Origin: Amoebidium appalachense
Taxonomy: Eukaryota; Protista; Ichthyosporea
Direction: 5' to 3'
DNA length: 64,000 nt
Assembly (NCBI GenBank): GCA_963693365.1
Contig: CAVNZM010000010.1
Coordinates: 4,338,159 to 4,402,158 of the forward strand
Shown here: positions 32,860 through 45,754 of the stretch, in pieces
Numbering within the stretch: the stretch's first letter is position 1
How the letters are laid out: each line of letters starts with the position of its first letter
The notes under the pieces: generated by a model
Databases searched by the model: none
What the model was told of the DNA's origin: nothing
The model's input: the letters and a program-made list of their open reading frames with translations, nothing else
Program-made: the position numbers and the translations under genes

Positions 32860-34691
32860 ATTCGTTTTGCAGCAGTTCCTTGTGGGAATGATGGAGAGGC
32901 TGCAGCAATATCTGGCCATGCTATTGGCTGACAGGACGAATGGAATGCGCCAGCGCCTGGTGATGGGGGCACCAAATAAGTCCTTTGAGGAAGTTGGCCG
33001 TGCCCAGGCCTTTGTAGATGGAATCCAGTAAGGATCCCCCCCCCCCCCCCCCTTCCCCCCCTCCCCCACCCCCCGCTCCCTCATCCTTTCTCTTCATCAA
33101 CCCCCCCCCCTCCCCTCCCCTCCTCCGCACACGAGAACACACACGCACGCACGTACGCACACACACGCACACACACACACCAAGTACACACGCATGCTAG
33201 TTGTTCTCCATACTTGTGTTAGCCTGTTCTACCCAGTGGCATGTATGGGCTCAAGGGATGGTCCAACTTCTTTTGGAAAGAGCATCACGGTTTTTCTTTT
33301 TTTGGTTTTTTTTGAGGGGGAGGGAGGAAGGGGGGGGGGAGGGGCTCTGTTTTTTGGCAAGTCCGTGTCGTGTGGGGTGGGGGGAGGGGGGGGGAGGGGG
33401 GAAGAACGGGGGGAGGGGGGGAAGGGGGGAGGGAGCACGAGAGAGAGAGTGGGGAACCCTCGGGGCGGGTTTTTGAGTGTTCATCCTGTGTGTATGATGT
33501 GCATGTGTGTAGTTAGAAGGAAAGGAGGGGGGGGGGGGGGGGTTACATAAGTCATTATTTCTTTTTTTCGGGGGAGGGAGGGGGGGGGGAGGGGGGGGGG
33601 GGGGGGGGAGGGGGAGGGGACGGAGTTGAGAAAGGGGACAGTACATGTTAATGAAATCCTTTTTTTTTTTTGGGGGGGGGGGGGGGGGGGGAGGGAAGGA
33701 GGGGGGGGGGGATGGGAGGACGGGTATATCTTCATCACCGTGTATGTCAATGAAAAACCGAAAGCACGGTCATAAACTTATTATGGGACTCACACACATT
33801 CCCATCCCTCTAGGGCCCTTCCACCCAGGCAGGACAGCGCACGATCCAACGGAACTTCATGGAAGCAATGGAACTGGCCCGAAACTACAAGGGGCACGAT
33901 GACGTCACTGCCCTTTTGCGCAAAACGACAGAGTGGGCCACCCGGCTGGCCATTCTCACCCCAAAAGGTGCAAACGTACACCTAACCTCTGTGATGAAGT
34001 ACGTGTTCCTTCCCCCCCCCCCCTCCCCCCACAACCCCCCCCCCCCCTCTCGACCAACCACCACCACCACGACTACCTCCCCCGGTCTTCACATCACCAC
34101 CACCCCGATCTCACCTTCTCTCCTCAAATTACCCCTCCCCCCCCCCCCCCCCCCTCCCTCCCCACCCACCCACCCCAACCATCTCGTTTCCCCCCTGCTC
34201 CATCGTCATCACCGTCACTACCATCCCGGTCCCCCCCCCCCCCCCCCCCTCCCCCAACCGCCCCTCCTTTTTTCCACTTCTTTCCAATGATTTAGCCCCC
34301 CCTCCCCCCCCCTTCCTCCCCCCCCCCCCTTCCTCCTCCTCCCCCTTCCTCCCTCCCCCCCCCCCCCCCACCTTCCCTCCCCTTCTCTCTCTCCCCCTCT
34401 CCCCCCCCTCACCGGGTCCAACTTTCCCTTTCCATTTAGGCCCCTCCCCCAACGGCCCTTCCCTCCTTCCTATCAATGCTAAGCACTACGTTCGTCCTGT
34501 TGCACTGTGTCCCCTCTTAATGCCTTCTCCCCCTCTGTCAACTCACATACTATTCCCCTACGACATGCATGCACTTGTACGTCCGTTTTCATAAGTTCCA
34601 CACCAATGAAGTCTCCCCCCCATATACAACAAAATCCTCAATAAATTATCCTTCTTCAATAAATTTGATATTTAAATGTACTATAGTGTGT

Positions 34692-34997
<306 letters not shown>

Positions 34998-36872
34998 TTC
35001 TAACGTATCCCTCGTTTACATCAGGAGTATGCCTCTTGTCCACCTGATCCAGCTAAAAAAAAACACCAGCAAGCCCCGCATCATCCTCGTTAATGTCTCA
35101 TCCATGCCCGGCTTCAACTACGCCCCAGACATTTCCCCCTTGGAGATTTCATCCTCGACCTCGGTGGAGGAAAGAGTCAAAAGCATCTACAAGGCCGCAT
35201 GTGAATACTGTCAGGCACTTCATGCCGTGGGTAGGAGTGAGGTGTGTTGTTTACTTCTTGGTGCCGGCCCACACTCCGGCGCTATATCAACTGGCAAACG
35301 TCCATGGAACGTACGGGTGAGAAACACAGCCAGGGCTGAAGGCTCTAACAAGCGACAATTCAGGTATCTACTCCACTCCCCCCCCCCCCCCCTGCCGCCA
35401 CACATGTATTCACACACATGCTCCCCCCCCCCCCCCCCCCCCCCCCCCTCCCCCCCCCCCCCCCCCCCCCCCCCCCTGTGTTACACTGTCCAGGTGAATC
35501 TAAAATCTCGGAGTAGACTTCTGGCCAAGACCCAAACGAACCTATCACCACAACCACCTTGGCTCCTATTATACATCTCCCCCTCCCCTTCCCCCCCTCC
35601 CCCTCCCCCTCCCCCTCCCCCCTCCCCCTCCCCCTCCCCTTCCTCCTCCATCCTTCTTCCCCCTCCCAATCATTATCATATCCTCCCCCCCCCCTCCCCC
35701 CTTCCCCCCTCCCCTCCCCCTCCCCCCCCCCCCCCCAATCCTCGGTTTGATTCTTGCGAAAACAAAACACTAACTGACAAAAATGTAAATATTATGCTCT
35801 TTCTTTCTCAACACACAACCTTGGGGTGTCCTTCTCATTTAACGTTTGTTTCCATATTTCTCAACCTTCAGTCCTCGATATTGAGATAGTGGAGAGATAC
35901 TGCAAGATGCTAATAATTATGACTTTTGTCTACTCAGTGACCACGAGTCGGACGACGAACCGGTCCGACTCGACAAACCCAAGACAACAAAAGAGCTCCC
36001 AGTCTCGGCCCCTCCTTCTACCACCACCACCAATTTCCACCCAGCCCAAACCACCCCCACCACCCATACTCATCCAGTTAACACCCCAGCCACCACCACC
36101 ATCACCACCACCACCACCAACAACACTATTCCTGCCCAAAAAAGCAACAATTTCCTCCTTCCCACCCCTCCACCCATGAATTTTCCTACTTTCACCTTTG
36201 ATCAGTCGAACCCCTGGCGTGCGCCCGCAGAAATGAACCCCGCGACCCCCACAGCCATTCCAAATTTCCACCCATTTTTCTTTGGGACATATCCCGATCA
36301 CCAACCCCAATACCGTATGCCGACACCCACGCTCAACTATTATCAGGTGCCCGTATATCCAAATCCCCCGGGATATTCCAACCACCCTGCCTATCCCAAT
36401 GGCCCAGGATTTTAGGTACCGGGTGGATATGCAAGTCAGGCCCCCTTCTCCCGGCCGGGGATGCGCAATGGATCTGCAACACATCTGTTCTCACCGGTAT
36501 CCCCCCCCCCCCCCCCTTCCCCTTGTCCACACACCCTCACAAACCCCCCCCCCCCCCCCCCCCCACCCCCCCCCCCCTCCCTTCCCCTTCCAAAACCAAT
36601 GTATTTGTGGTTGTTCTCCCGGGAGAGAGGGAGAGGAGAGGGGTGGGGTGATTGTGTGTGTGTGTTTGGGTGGGGGAGGTGGGGGGGGGAGGGGCGGATA
36701 CCAAAGAAAAAGATTCGGAATAAAGTAGAAAAAACATTACAGCTATGCACGACTGCAGGTGCCAAATATTCATGGAATTATGCGTATCGGCCACGAGAAC
36801 AAACCTTCGAACCTCATACCTTTGCGTCCTCCCGCCTAAATTTCCCCCTTTTCCAGAGAAATGTGTGTGTGT

Positions 36873-36909
<37 letters not shown>

Positions 36910-37033
36910 GGGTCCGTGCGAGAACGTTGTGCGTCGGTGTCTATGGGTGTGTGAAGGGTTGACAACCCATCTCCCAACACTCACCTCGTCTCCCTCCCTC
37001 CCCACTTCAACACCCATGCCCGTCTCCCCACGG

Positions 37034-37084
<51 letters not shown>

Positions 37085-37398
37085 AAAAAAAAAAAAAAAA
37101 ACCCGAAAACAAATTTTCTGTTATTACTGTCGATGATGCCTTCCCGGGCCCACACAAAGACCTTGATTCCGCTGCCCAGTCCATGTTCCTCCGACCGAAT
37201 TCACACCCTTTCTGCCCCTTCCCCTCCCCCAAATTTTGGTCCCTGACCCGTTTCTATCGTCCTGTTCTTTTCGAAACAGGTAAATGCCCAGCAACCTCCC
37301 GGAGACGAGAGATGAGGGTGAGGGTGACGGTGCGGAGTCCGATTGAGATTCAAGCAATGCATTTGTGAGGCAGAATGGTCAGTGCCCCACCTCCTTCC

Positions 37399-37444
<46 letters not shown>

Positions 37445-37790
37445 AAAAAAAAAAAAAAAAGGAAAGAAAGAAGAAAAGGAAAAAAGGAAAAAAGGAAAAA
37501 AAGGAAAAAGGGGGGAAAAAAAATTCTAAAAAAAAAGGACGTAAAAGGGACAAGACAAAGACAAAAAAATGAAAAACAAAACTAAGAGATCAGCATCTAC
37601 CCCCTCTATTGGCTCTGTACCTGTCACAGTAATACAGTCAAGCACCACGGACGAGCCGGAATACTTTAACCCAAAACACACACTAGAAGCCATGTATGTC
37701 GTATCGTCAAACGGTTATCAAACTTGCCACCATAGAGCGCCATTAAAATGCAGTATATAGCGCTCATTATCCCCTTCTTCCCCCCCCCCC

Positions 37791-37822
<32 letters not shown>

Positions 37823-38004
37823 AAAAAAAGAAAAAAAAAAATTCCTCGTCCTCGTATGGATCCCATCCCATTCCTTCCCGGAAGGTGAGCCTGCGCAACA
37901 TAACATTTTGTTATGGTGATACTAGTATAGCAAATCCCAGTTATGGCATCAATTGGAAACATCATTAGTGAGAGAGTCTATGTAAAAGCGTCTGCCATAA
38001 ATTG

Positions 38005-38036
<32 letters not shown>

Positions 38037-38095
38037 ATAAAAAAAAAAAAAAACACCACCACCACACCACTACCAAACACACGCACGCACACGCA

Positions 38096-38226
<131 letters not shown>

Positions 38227-39536
38227 ATGCACACACACAAAATACACACACGTGCGCAGACACAGACACACCTATCCACCTATCCAGGGACCCTCACTTC
38301 TTTTGAGGCAGGAATTCCAACTGAGACCTGCACCTTGTGTTGTCAGTGGAGCAGCATTACACTGACATTTTCTTGTAAAGCTGATTTTCATTGGCAATCT
38401 ATGCCACTGGGCATTGTTGTCTGGTCTTTTTTTATTTTATATGCCATACCACCGTTTTTTGCGTGGGTACCGTGCTTGTGCTCTACCCTGATGTCAAGAT
38501 GTCGTTTTGTTCGTTTCTTATTGACTTTGTTTCCCATGTTTCCTGGGGTTCAAAAGAAATTATGTATAGGCAGACAGACAGTGGCAAGCGAACACACCAA
38601 TAGGTAATGACGTTCAATAAAACAGCCGTTGCGTGAACATGCGCCCACACACCCCACGGCACAAAACACAAAGTTCAGCAAAGCAAAGGGGAAGGCAGGA
38701 AAAGAAGCACACTCTGCTGCTGTTCATTGTTTTCTCCCAAATTCTCATAATAATTGCCGAGGCCTTGGTAGAGGTATCTAATTCCTTAAAAAAAGTGGAA
38801 CTTGGTTTATCATTTGCAATCGCGCTTGCCCACCGCCTGGGTTGGGTTGGGTTGGGTTGGATCTGTGTGTGTGTGTGTGTGAGGTGGTGGTGGTGGTGGT
38901 TAGGGGGAGGGGGGGGGGGGGGGAGGGGCTGGAAGAAAAAGGTCACAAATGATCGGCGGATCCTACCGGTAGCAGAGATTTTCGTTGCACACCCAAAACA
39001 GAATTCTTCCGTTCTTTTCCCTTGTAGACTCTACATGCGCGGGCAATATCTCATTCATCGCAGAACGGTTCATATGGTGTAGGTGACCATATACTGAAAA
39101 AACAAGATTACGTGAAAAACGTTGCGAGTATTATAGCTGCACAAGTATTTTTTCGGACACACATGTTCCAGGAGGAGGACGAGGAGGGGGGGGGGAGGGG
39201 ACTTGTTGGTTTGCGAATGCCACTTGGCTCTTTTGATAAGACCGGGCTAGTTTTATTTGGACCCTGCCAAAACTGGTCACAGACCAGCAGAAGTTGTAAA
39301 GTTGTCCTACATGTATCATACGACTAGTCATATCATGAGTCCTACTTGCAAACCTACATACGGAATTCTATTATAATTCGTTCTTTTAGTACACTCTAAA
39401 TAGGTATAGTCACCAACTCTTAGCTGGATTCCAGCCGTTACTTCAAGATTCTTGTTTATCCTACGCATATTAAACTTCGTGCTTTGTTATATTTCTTAAG
39501 ATCCAGCAGATTTCACTACTGCTAAAGCACTCAGAT

Positions 39537-40616
39537 TCAAGCAACAACCTGAGGCTGTGACCGCCGGGGATGCTGGACCAGCTGTTCAAGCTCCACGCCC
39601 TCAACCTCCTCTGCGTAGGCGGTTTCGAACCCGAGCTGATCCGCCATCTTTGACTGGTAGAGGCTCTGCGCTTGCTGTTGCCTGCGCTGTTGCATCTCTC
39701 GCTGCTCCCAAGCCTCCAGTTCGCCAAGAGTACCAGCAGCCGCTTGCTGGGCATAGGCACGTTGGCTAGAAAGCACGGGGTCGATCATTCTGGTCAGACC
39801 CGTAGGGCCGCTGGGCCACCACCTGGAATCAACCACGTCGACCTCTTGCTGGGGATAGTCGTACATATCAACCGCATACACGAGTTGGGTGGAGCCCAGG
39901 CCTGCTGGACGCACATCTTGGAAGCGGACACCGTCGACATAGTACTCATCTACGTAGCAGGCACCGGGGAAGGTCACATCTTCCTCCCAGAAACCTTGTG
40001 GGCTCATCTCCTCGGCAAACTGGTAGGTAAATTGACCATTTTGGCTCACGAAAACGCCACCCGGTTGTGCGTAGAAAGCTTCTTCTGTAGACCGGTAGAA
40101 CATCTCCGGTGTGTAGGGGCTCTGGGCATAGACGAGGCCGTTTGAGTCTAGAGTAGGGGTGACATCGGGGAAGAAGGAAACATTGATAGGCCGTGCGGCG
40201 TATCTGCTGTCGGCAACGGTGGTTGCGGAAGAGGGGGAGGAGGCACGTTGTGTGCCTACGGGTGGGGATGAGACTGGGGTGCGATCTTTGTGCAGGTACT
40301 CGTCTGATTCGACGGTCTCATTGCTCGACATCGAATTTGTCCTCTTGGTGCCAAAGGCTTCGCTGGTGTGGCGCTTGGCTGGTCTCTCCTCAGCACCAAT
40401 GGAACTGCGGCGGCGGATTGTGTGGATTTGATCCTTGTGATGTCTGCGGTAGTGCTGCCTTCGACTGTGCTCGTTTGAGTAACGTCTGTCGACACAACCA
40501 AACTGGCACGTATAGCTGCGCCCGGCAGACACCCGTGGCCCCGCAGCAGGAGCTACAGGCATGACTGCTAGGGGGTCTATGGTGGCTACGGGGCGGAGAA
40601 CGTTGACAGCGGCCAT
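39537..40616 (-). CDS. Intronless 359-aa protein with a single N-terminal C2H2-type zinc finger; putative transcription factor
   Basis: Uninterrupted, non-repetitive ORF containing YTCQFGCVDRRYSNEHSRRQHYRRHH (C-x3-C-x13-H-x3/4-H), a basic stretch (IRRRSS...RPAKRH), an acidic/aromatic middle and a Gln-rich C-terminus. Confidence 0.8.
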   Translation of the reverse strand: MAAVNVLRPVATIDPLAVMPVAPAAGPRVSAGRSYTCQFGCVDRRYSNEHSRRQHYRRHHKDQIHTIRRRSSIGAEERPAKRHTSEAFGTKRTNSMSSNETVESDEYLHKDRTPVSSPPVGTQRASSPSSATTVADSRYAARPINVSFFPDVTPTLDSNGLVYAQSPYTPEMFYRSTEEAFYAQPGGVFVSQNGQFTYQFAEEMSPQGFWEEDVTFPGACYVDEYYVDGVRFQDVRPAGLGSTQLVYAVDMYDYPQQEVDVVDSRWWPSGPTGLTRMIDPVLSSQRAYAQQAAAGTLGELEAWEQREMQQRRQQQAQSLYQSKMADQLGFETAYAEEVEGVELEQLVQHPRRSQPQVVA

Positions 40617-40740
40617 CTTCTAACATAAACAAGAAACGATGAGAAAAAAACCAATCCTGTTTCAAGTTTCACAGATTCCCGTAGTTCATTTCGTGCACCA
40701 AGACGTTTGTGAGCTCTGGACGACAGGCGCCAAAGTCACC

Positions 40741-40810
40741 TTTTATAATGCTGTTGTGAGGGCCAACCCCGCCCGACGGTTTGATTCAAACGACTGACTT
40801 TCAACCAATC
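40741..40810 (-). promoter_or_regulatory. TATA box plus CCAAT box upstream of the zinc-finger ORF
   Basis: Minus-strand TATAAAA at 40747-40741, ~125 bp before the ATG, and a CCAAT at 40805-40809, ~60 bp further upstream. The spacing is canonical for Pol II promoters. Confidence 0.5.
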
Positions 40811-41565
40811 AAAGTACTGTGGGTTTGGGAGCTGGGCGAAGGTATGCAGGCGAAGAGGAGTGCAAAATCATCAGGCTGTCGCCATGGCGTTGCGTGTCCT
40901 ACATGGGATGAGGCTCAGCAATTAATATGGGCAAGTGCCGGTCGCTTACGGCATAAAGGGACCGCGCGCTACAAAGTTACATGATATCAGGATATGTACT
41001 TAATTATTCTGAAAATTGATAGTATGCAGAAGTTTCTTTTTTCCTGGCCTATCAAGGAAACGACGACAGTATTCACACGCAGCATAATAGCCTGAGCTGG
41101 TCACTACGGACGCCGGCTTCTTGATCGAATCAGCGCGCCGCATTGTGAGCCGCATACTAATTACGCATTCTCCCCAAACCTTCACATGGCGTTTCGGGGA
41201 GGACATAGAACTTTGAATATATACAGACATAAATACATGTACCTCTTGTCAAAATTATAAACTATTTTTCCTATTTTTGCAGCCATGCCAACGTGCTTGT
41301 TTCTATGATTTGTAAAGCGCGCTACATGCAATCAACTCGAGCCTCCCGGCTAGCAGATCTTAGCGAATGCACTCCTATTGGATGAACTGCCTAATGAGTC
41401 TGCCAATAGGATCTCACTGTACGCTGATTGGGCTGCCGCAATGAAACCGCAAGTTGTTGAACATGCAAGCTTCGCAACCAGAGTAATGTTATAGTTGTGT
41501 GTATAAGCATGTTCTTATATACCTATAGTCAGTGGCAGATTGATTATGATTATAAATGATTATGA

Positions 41566-42639
41566 TTATAAATGTTCGAATGAATGAGCTTTGAGTGGGC
41601 AGGTAATCCAATGTTTGAAACTTTGCACTCTGCTAAGGCATTCTCGAGAACATGATTTGATTGGACCCCTGGAAAGTGCGTGGTTACCCAATGCGAAAAA
41701 AGTCTGGTAACACAGCCATGGAGTAAACATAATTATGCTAAAACATGTGTAGTGACGCACTTCCGTAGACCGTAGCACAATACGTGGCGCCTGCAGAATA
41801 TTACAGTGTATTACTGGAGCCTGCCGCGCCAAGTCATCTCTTCTCGGTTGCCGTCGGTCTACAGGGCCGTTGAACGTCACACATACCTCCCTGTTTGATC
41901 CGTGCCGGCACGTTACGTGATCGGGGATGTGCATCGCACTCGACTCGTTATCTGTGCCAAACCGTGATAGTACCATGCACGGTCACGAGGATGGCCATGG
42001 TGGGTTGCACACACGCATATTCAAGTGCATATGTCTCTAGATGGCGTATAGCTACCAGCATGCACACATCCACGCGTGGCAACCTGTGCACATGACACGT
42101 GATCGAGTTGCCACCATCGACGTCATGACTCGTGCGCATGCCGGCACGCTTGCTAGCGCTCAGCGGCCTGGCCTCAGTGATGCGCCACGTGGGCCGGGCT
42201 GTGTCGAGCATCAACACAATCCGATCATTGACGTCGTGAATTGACTGTGCCCCTGGGATATCTCCGGATCCACGTCGAAACATACATCCAGGCGAAGAAA
42301 AAAAATCGTTTTACGTAGCCTCACGTGCACTAGTGCAAGGGCATCATGGCCCGTACGGTTGCACAGCTGCAGCTCCTCCGGGTAGCTACAGTCGGGCATT
42401 GGCTCTCCAGCAGTTCGAGCTGCCTGCTGCAGACTGGCAGAGCTTTTTCCAGCCAGGGATCTGCGTTCCTGTGGCTTATGCCAGCTAATTGTGTGCGCTC
42501 TGGGTTCATACCACTTGTAGCTCCCCCCTCCGCCGAGGGTTTTGTGGGCAGACTCGGCAGACGGAAATAATTTGGTAATGATAACACTGCTCGAGATATG
42601 TACACATAACGAAGAACGCAAACCTCTTAAGTTCACCAA
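41566..42639 (-). other. Chain of three overlapping non-repetitive ORFs; possible frameshifted gene of unknown function
   Basis: ORFs 42211-42639, 41948-42283 and 41566-41976 overlap end to end on the same strand in CpG-rich sequence. No recognisable motif. Confidence 0.3.
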
Positions 42640-42918
42640 TTAATTGCAAGTTATGAACTGTACCTACTATAGCCAGGTATGATATATCAATGATCCGACC
42701 TGAATCGATAAATGCTCCAACCAGAGTACTGTATGACGTCATCATATAAAAACGCCTGGCGCAGGGTCAGTTTTGCACGTGTTACTCTCTTTTTCTCACC
42801 ATTTTACCCTAACGTGACAGGGAACAAGCACATCACAAAAAAACCGTAGAAAAATTCTTGGCGGGGTAGTGGCTTAGTAAGTAATGGTAGGCATTCAACG
42901 ATTTTGAGCTTCAATTTA

Positions 42919-45754
42919 CGGAGAACTTTGTAGTGTTTGCGCACCCCATGACTACAATAATTTCTCGGAATGCTTGTTGGTATGGCTTATTTTGCACTTT
43001 ACGGGTTCTGGCACCGGGAGGCCATAGGCCTGAGCCAAGAAAAACGTCAAACTTGTTACAAATGCGTGCCAAAGATGCATACTTTAAACGTTCACGTTGT
43101 TGCTTTTGCACCACAGGTGCATTTTTCGTTTGAGAAACATTGACATCAGCTTTCAAATTCGTTTTTTTCGGTACACACACTTCAAATAACCCTTTTAGCA
43201 TCTAGTTACCACAAACAGTTTCGAAGAAACGAATAAAAACCAAACAAATCACCCCTAATCCGAAAACGACAAATGAGTGTTGCGCAATGTACAGAAACTG
43301 ACCAGTGGGCAGAAGGTACTTTAACGTGTAGTGTTTCTGCGTGATCGTACCGGGCCTGTGTTTGTGTTGACTTGGGTGCGTGTGCGTGGAGGAACACCAT
43401 GTGTGATGTGGTTTTCGGAAGCATGCACGTGTTTGATCATTGCAGAGAAACACATTACACTTGATGCAGTAGGTATGTGTCTGGTGGCGTTCCCCTTTGT
43501 TCCTAAAGCAGAGAACGCATCTACCTTTTCTTTCTTTTCTGGCACGCTGGTGTCCGTGTAGAGCATGGGGGGCAGGAGCAGCAGGGGGAAGGGGGTATTC
43601 TAGTGCAGGCAGGTGGGGGTTGCATATGAGTGCTTCTGCTAGCTCACGCCTTGTGTCCATGCTCGTGTTTGTGGATTTGCCAAAGTATCTGTATGCAAAG
43701 TGTACGTTTGCTACTACAAACCCCAGAAGCCCCCCAAAGGTGCGGAGTTGGTGACGTTTAGTGCCCAAGGCTTCGTCCACAGAGCCGTTTAACATTCGTG
43801 TTTTGTTGAATATATCGGCCATGTTGTAGTTTTCGAAGTATTCTTCGACTGCTTTCGGTTGGGGGACGTCATTTCCGTTTCGTGATTTTCTCGGTTGACC
43901 CGGCTGAGTACTTGAACATGAGGTGATCACTTTCATACTGTAGTTCTTGTTTCTCCATAACACCGCAACGAGGTCTACTCCGTCCACACTGCACACTGCC
44001 TCCGACCATACACCACGTCCTTCCTCACATAGAAGGTCCAACATGTTGAGGGGAAAGTCTCTGGTTGCGGTTTTGACATTGAAAAGTGCGTAGAATCCGA
44101 TTTTGTACACTTCCCTTGTCCCGGTTACTGACCCAAACCAGCTGTCTCCGACGATCGTTCTGGGGTTACGGTGGGTGGGGTTGGCCCTTGGGGTTAGAAG
44201 ACGCAAGGTGGTGCCTGTTCCAGCTCCCAACTGTCGGTACGGTTTGCTTGCCATCCTAAGCTTCCCCTCGTTCATTTCGAAGTTAATGAGTATGTTGGTT
44301 ACACAGTCGTGTAGAGTTTTTATTTCTTGACCGAGAGGGTGGGGTTTTCGTTTTATATAGATTTGGCACGGAAGGTTGCAATGATAGCTGGCAAAGATGG
44401 CCTCGTCTTCGCATAATTCATCCCCGGGCTCGATAGAGCAACGGCACCGACTCTGCAGTGCTTCCATGAAACCGCGTGTGTCTTTCAGTGGATCATCCTC
44501 CGGATATTGAGTGATGTCGGTGACGGTAAAGCAGGCACGGATGTTTTCGAACCGGTGTTCGGTCATGAAGCGGGCAAAGTCGTGTACGGGAAATATGTGG
44601 CTTGGGTTCTCTGCTGCCGACGTCCAGTAGTTCGATCTCGAGCCGGGTTCGAATGTTCCAGCCATGTAAATCCACATACCCAACCACCTAAGTAGCTCAC
44701 CCGGGGTTAAGTCAACCCAATTTTTGTAACGTGCACGACCTACTTCGTTTGTGAGTGGAATGACTGCTGTGAAGAGATACTCCATAGGCATGAAGTGTTC
44801 AAACAAACACAGAACACTCTTGCGCTTGTTTAGTGCTAGTGGAATGGTTGGTTTTCTGCGTGGGCCTGTTCTTTTGTCAAGTACTTGCTCATCTGGAATG
44901 GTCCATTGCAAGGTGCACGTGGGGTCGGTGGGGGTAGGTAACTCTACTTGTTCATCTACAAGTTCTATCTCATCTTCATTCTCACTGTCTGTGACAGGAA
45001 TCTCTACTTGTTGGATGTCTCCATCTGGATCTTCGTCACTATCACTCTCTAGCTCGCTACTTGTGTGTTCACTGTCTTCTTCATCTATTAAAGTTAGCTG
45101 ATGGCGCAGAACTACTTCTGTGGTACCGTCAAAATCAAACTTTACTTTCCATTCACTGCCTTCGTTTGTCTTGCATCGTTTCACTACTGTGCCAACCAGT
45201 ATTTGTGTGTCCCAACTCAGGCCGAACTTCTTGTAAGACCAACGTGTGGTGTCATCTGTGAAATCTTCCCCCTGAACCCCGTCAAATATGTATGCAAAAC
45301 AACAGACACGAGCTCCAGAATAAAGTGACTCTATTGGGTCTAATGTTTTGGCCATGTTGGGCGCTCATCTTTCACATGAAACCCATGGCTTGTTGTGTTC
45401 GCGGACTCAGCAAGTTTCGTCCGTTTGATCATGAATCATGTTGTTGTCGAGCATGAATTCAAAAACTTGCAACAGCGTCGGCAACCAATAAAAGCTAGGG
45501 AAGGCCTTGTTAGTTACCGTACCAAAGACAAAAAAGGTGTAAACTTATGTTTTCTTACTGGCTGTACAAAAAAAAGCGGGCTCCTGGGCCCCAATGGCTC
45601 GCGGTATCCTTCCGAAACAAGCATTCCTAAAGTACTGCGGTCAGAGTACTTATGGCCGCTAAGTTCTCCGATCAGAGTACATTTCGGATGCATCAATATG
45701 TGCAAGTTGGCCATGCAATGGCCATGGGGAAATCTCGTGGTGTGTAACTGTTAA
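42919..45754 (-). mobile_element. piggyBac-like DNA transposon (boundaries approximate)
   Basis: Transposase flanked by short collinear inverted matches: cggagaactt 42919-42928 with aagttctccg 45661-45670, and ggaatgcttgtt 42967-42978 with aacaagcattcc 45616-45627. TTAA at 45751-45754. A matching left TIR/TTAA was not found. Confidence 0.6.
43202..45355 (-). CDS. piggyBac-family DDD transposase (717 aa, intronless)
   Basis: Catalytic triad contexts ELCEDEAI, TIVGDSWFGS and YNMADIFN. Other piggyBac-type blocks: LFEHFMP, ELLRWLGM, MTEHRFENI, YIKRKPHPLGQEIK. C-terminal Cys-rich domain CVLC-x13-CIKCNVFLC-x6-CF-x3-H; acidic N-terminal linker. Confidence 0.92.
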   Translation of the reverse strand: MAKTLDPIESLYSGARVCCFAYIFDGVQGEDFTDDTTRWSYKKFGLSWDTQILVGTVVKRCKTNEGSEWKVKFDFDGTTEVVLRHQLTLIDEEDSEHTSSELESDSDEDPDGDIQQVEIPVTDSENEDEIELVDEQVELPTPTDPTCTLQWTIPDEQVLDKRTGPRRKPTIPLALNKRKSVLCLFEHFMPMEYLFTAVIPLTNEVGRARYKNWVDLTPGELLRWLGMWIYMAGTFEPGSRSNYWTSAAENPSHIFPVHDFARFMTEHRFENIRACFTVTDITQYPEDDPLKDTRGFMEALQSRCRCSIEPGDELCEDEAIFASYHCNLPCQIYIKRKPHPLGQEIKTLHDCVTNILINFEMNEGKLRMASKPYRQLGAGTGTTLRLLTPRANPTHRNPRTIVGDSWFGSVTGTREVYKIGFYALFNVKTATRDFPLNMLDLLCEEGRGVWSEAVCSVDGVDLVAVLWRNKNYSMKVITSCSSTQPGQPRKSRNGNDVPQPKAVEEYFENYNMADIFNKTRMLNGSVDEALGTKRHQLRTFGGLLGFVVANVHFAYRYFGKSTNTSMDTRRELAEALICNPHLPALEYPLPPAAPAPHALHGHQRARKERKGRCVLCFRNKGERHQTHTYCIKCNVFLCNDQTRACFRKPHHTWCSSTHTHPSQHKHRPGTITQKHYTLKYLLPTGQFLYIAQHSFVVFGLGVICLVFIRFFETVCGN

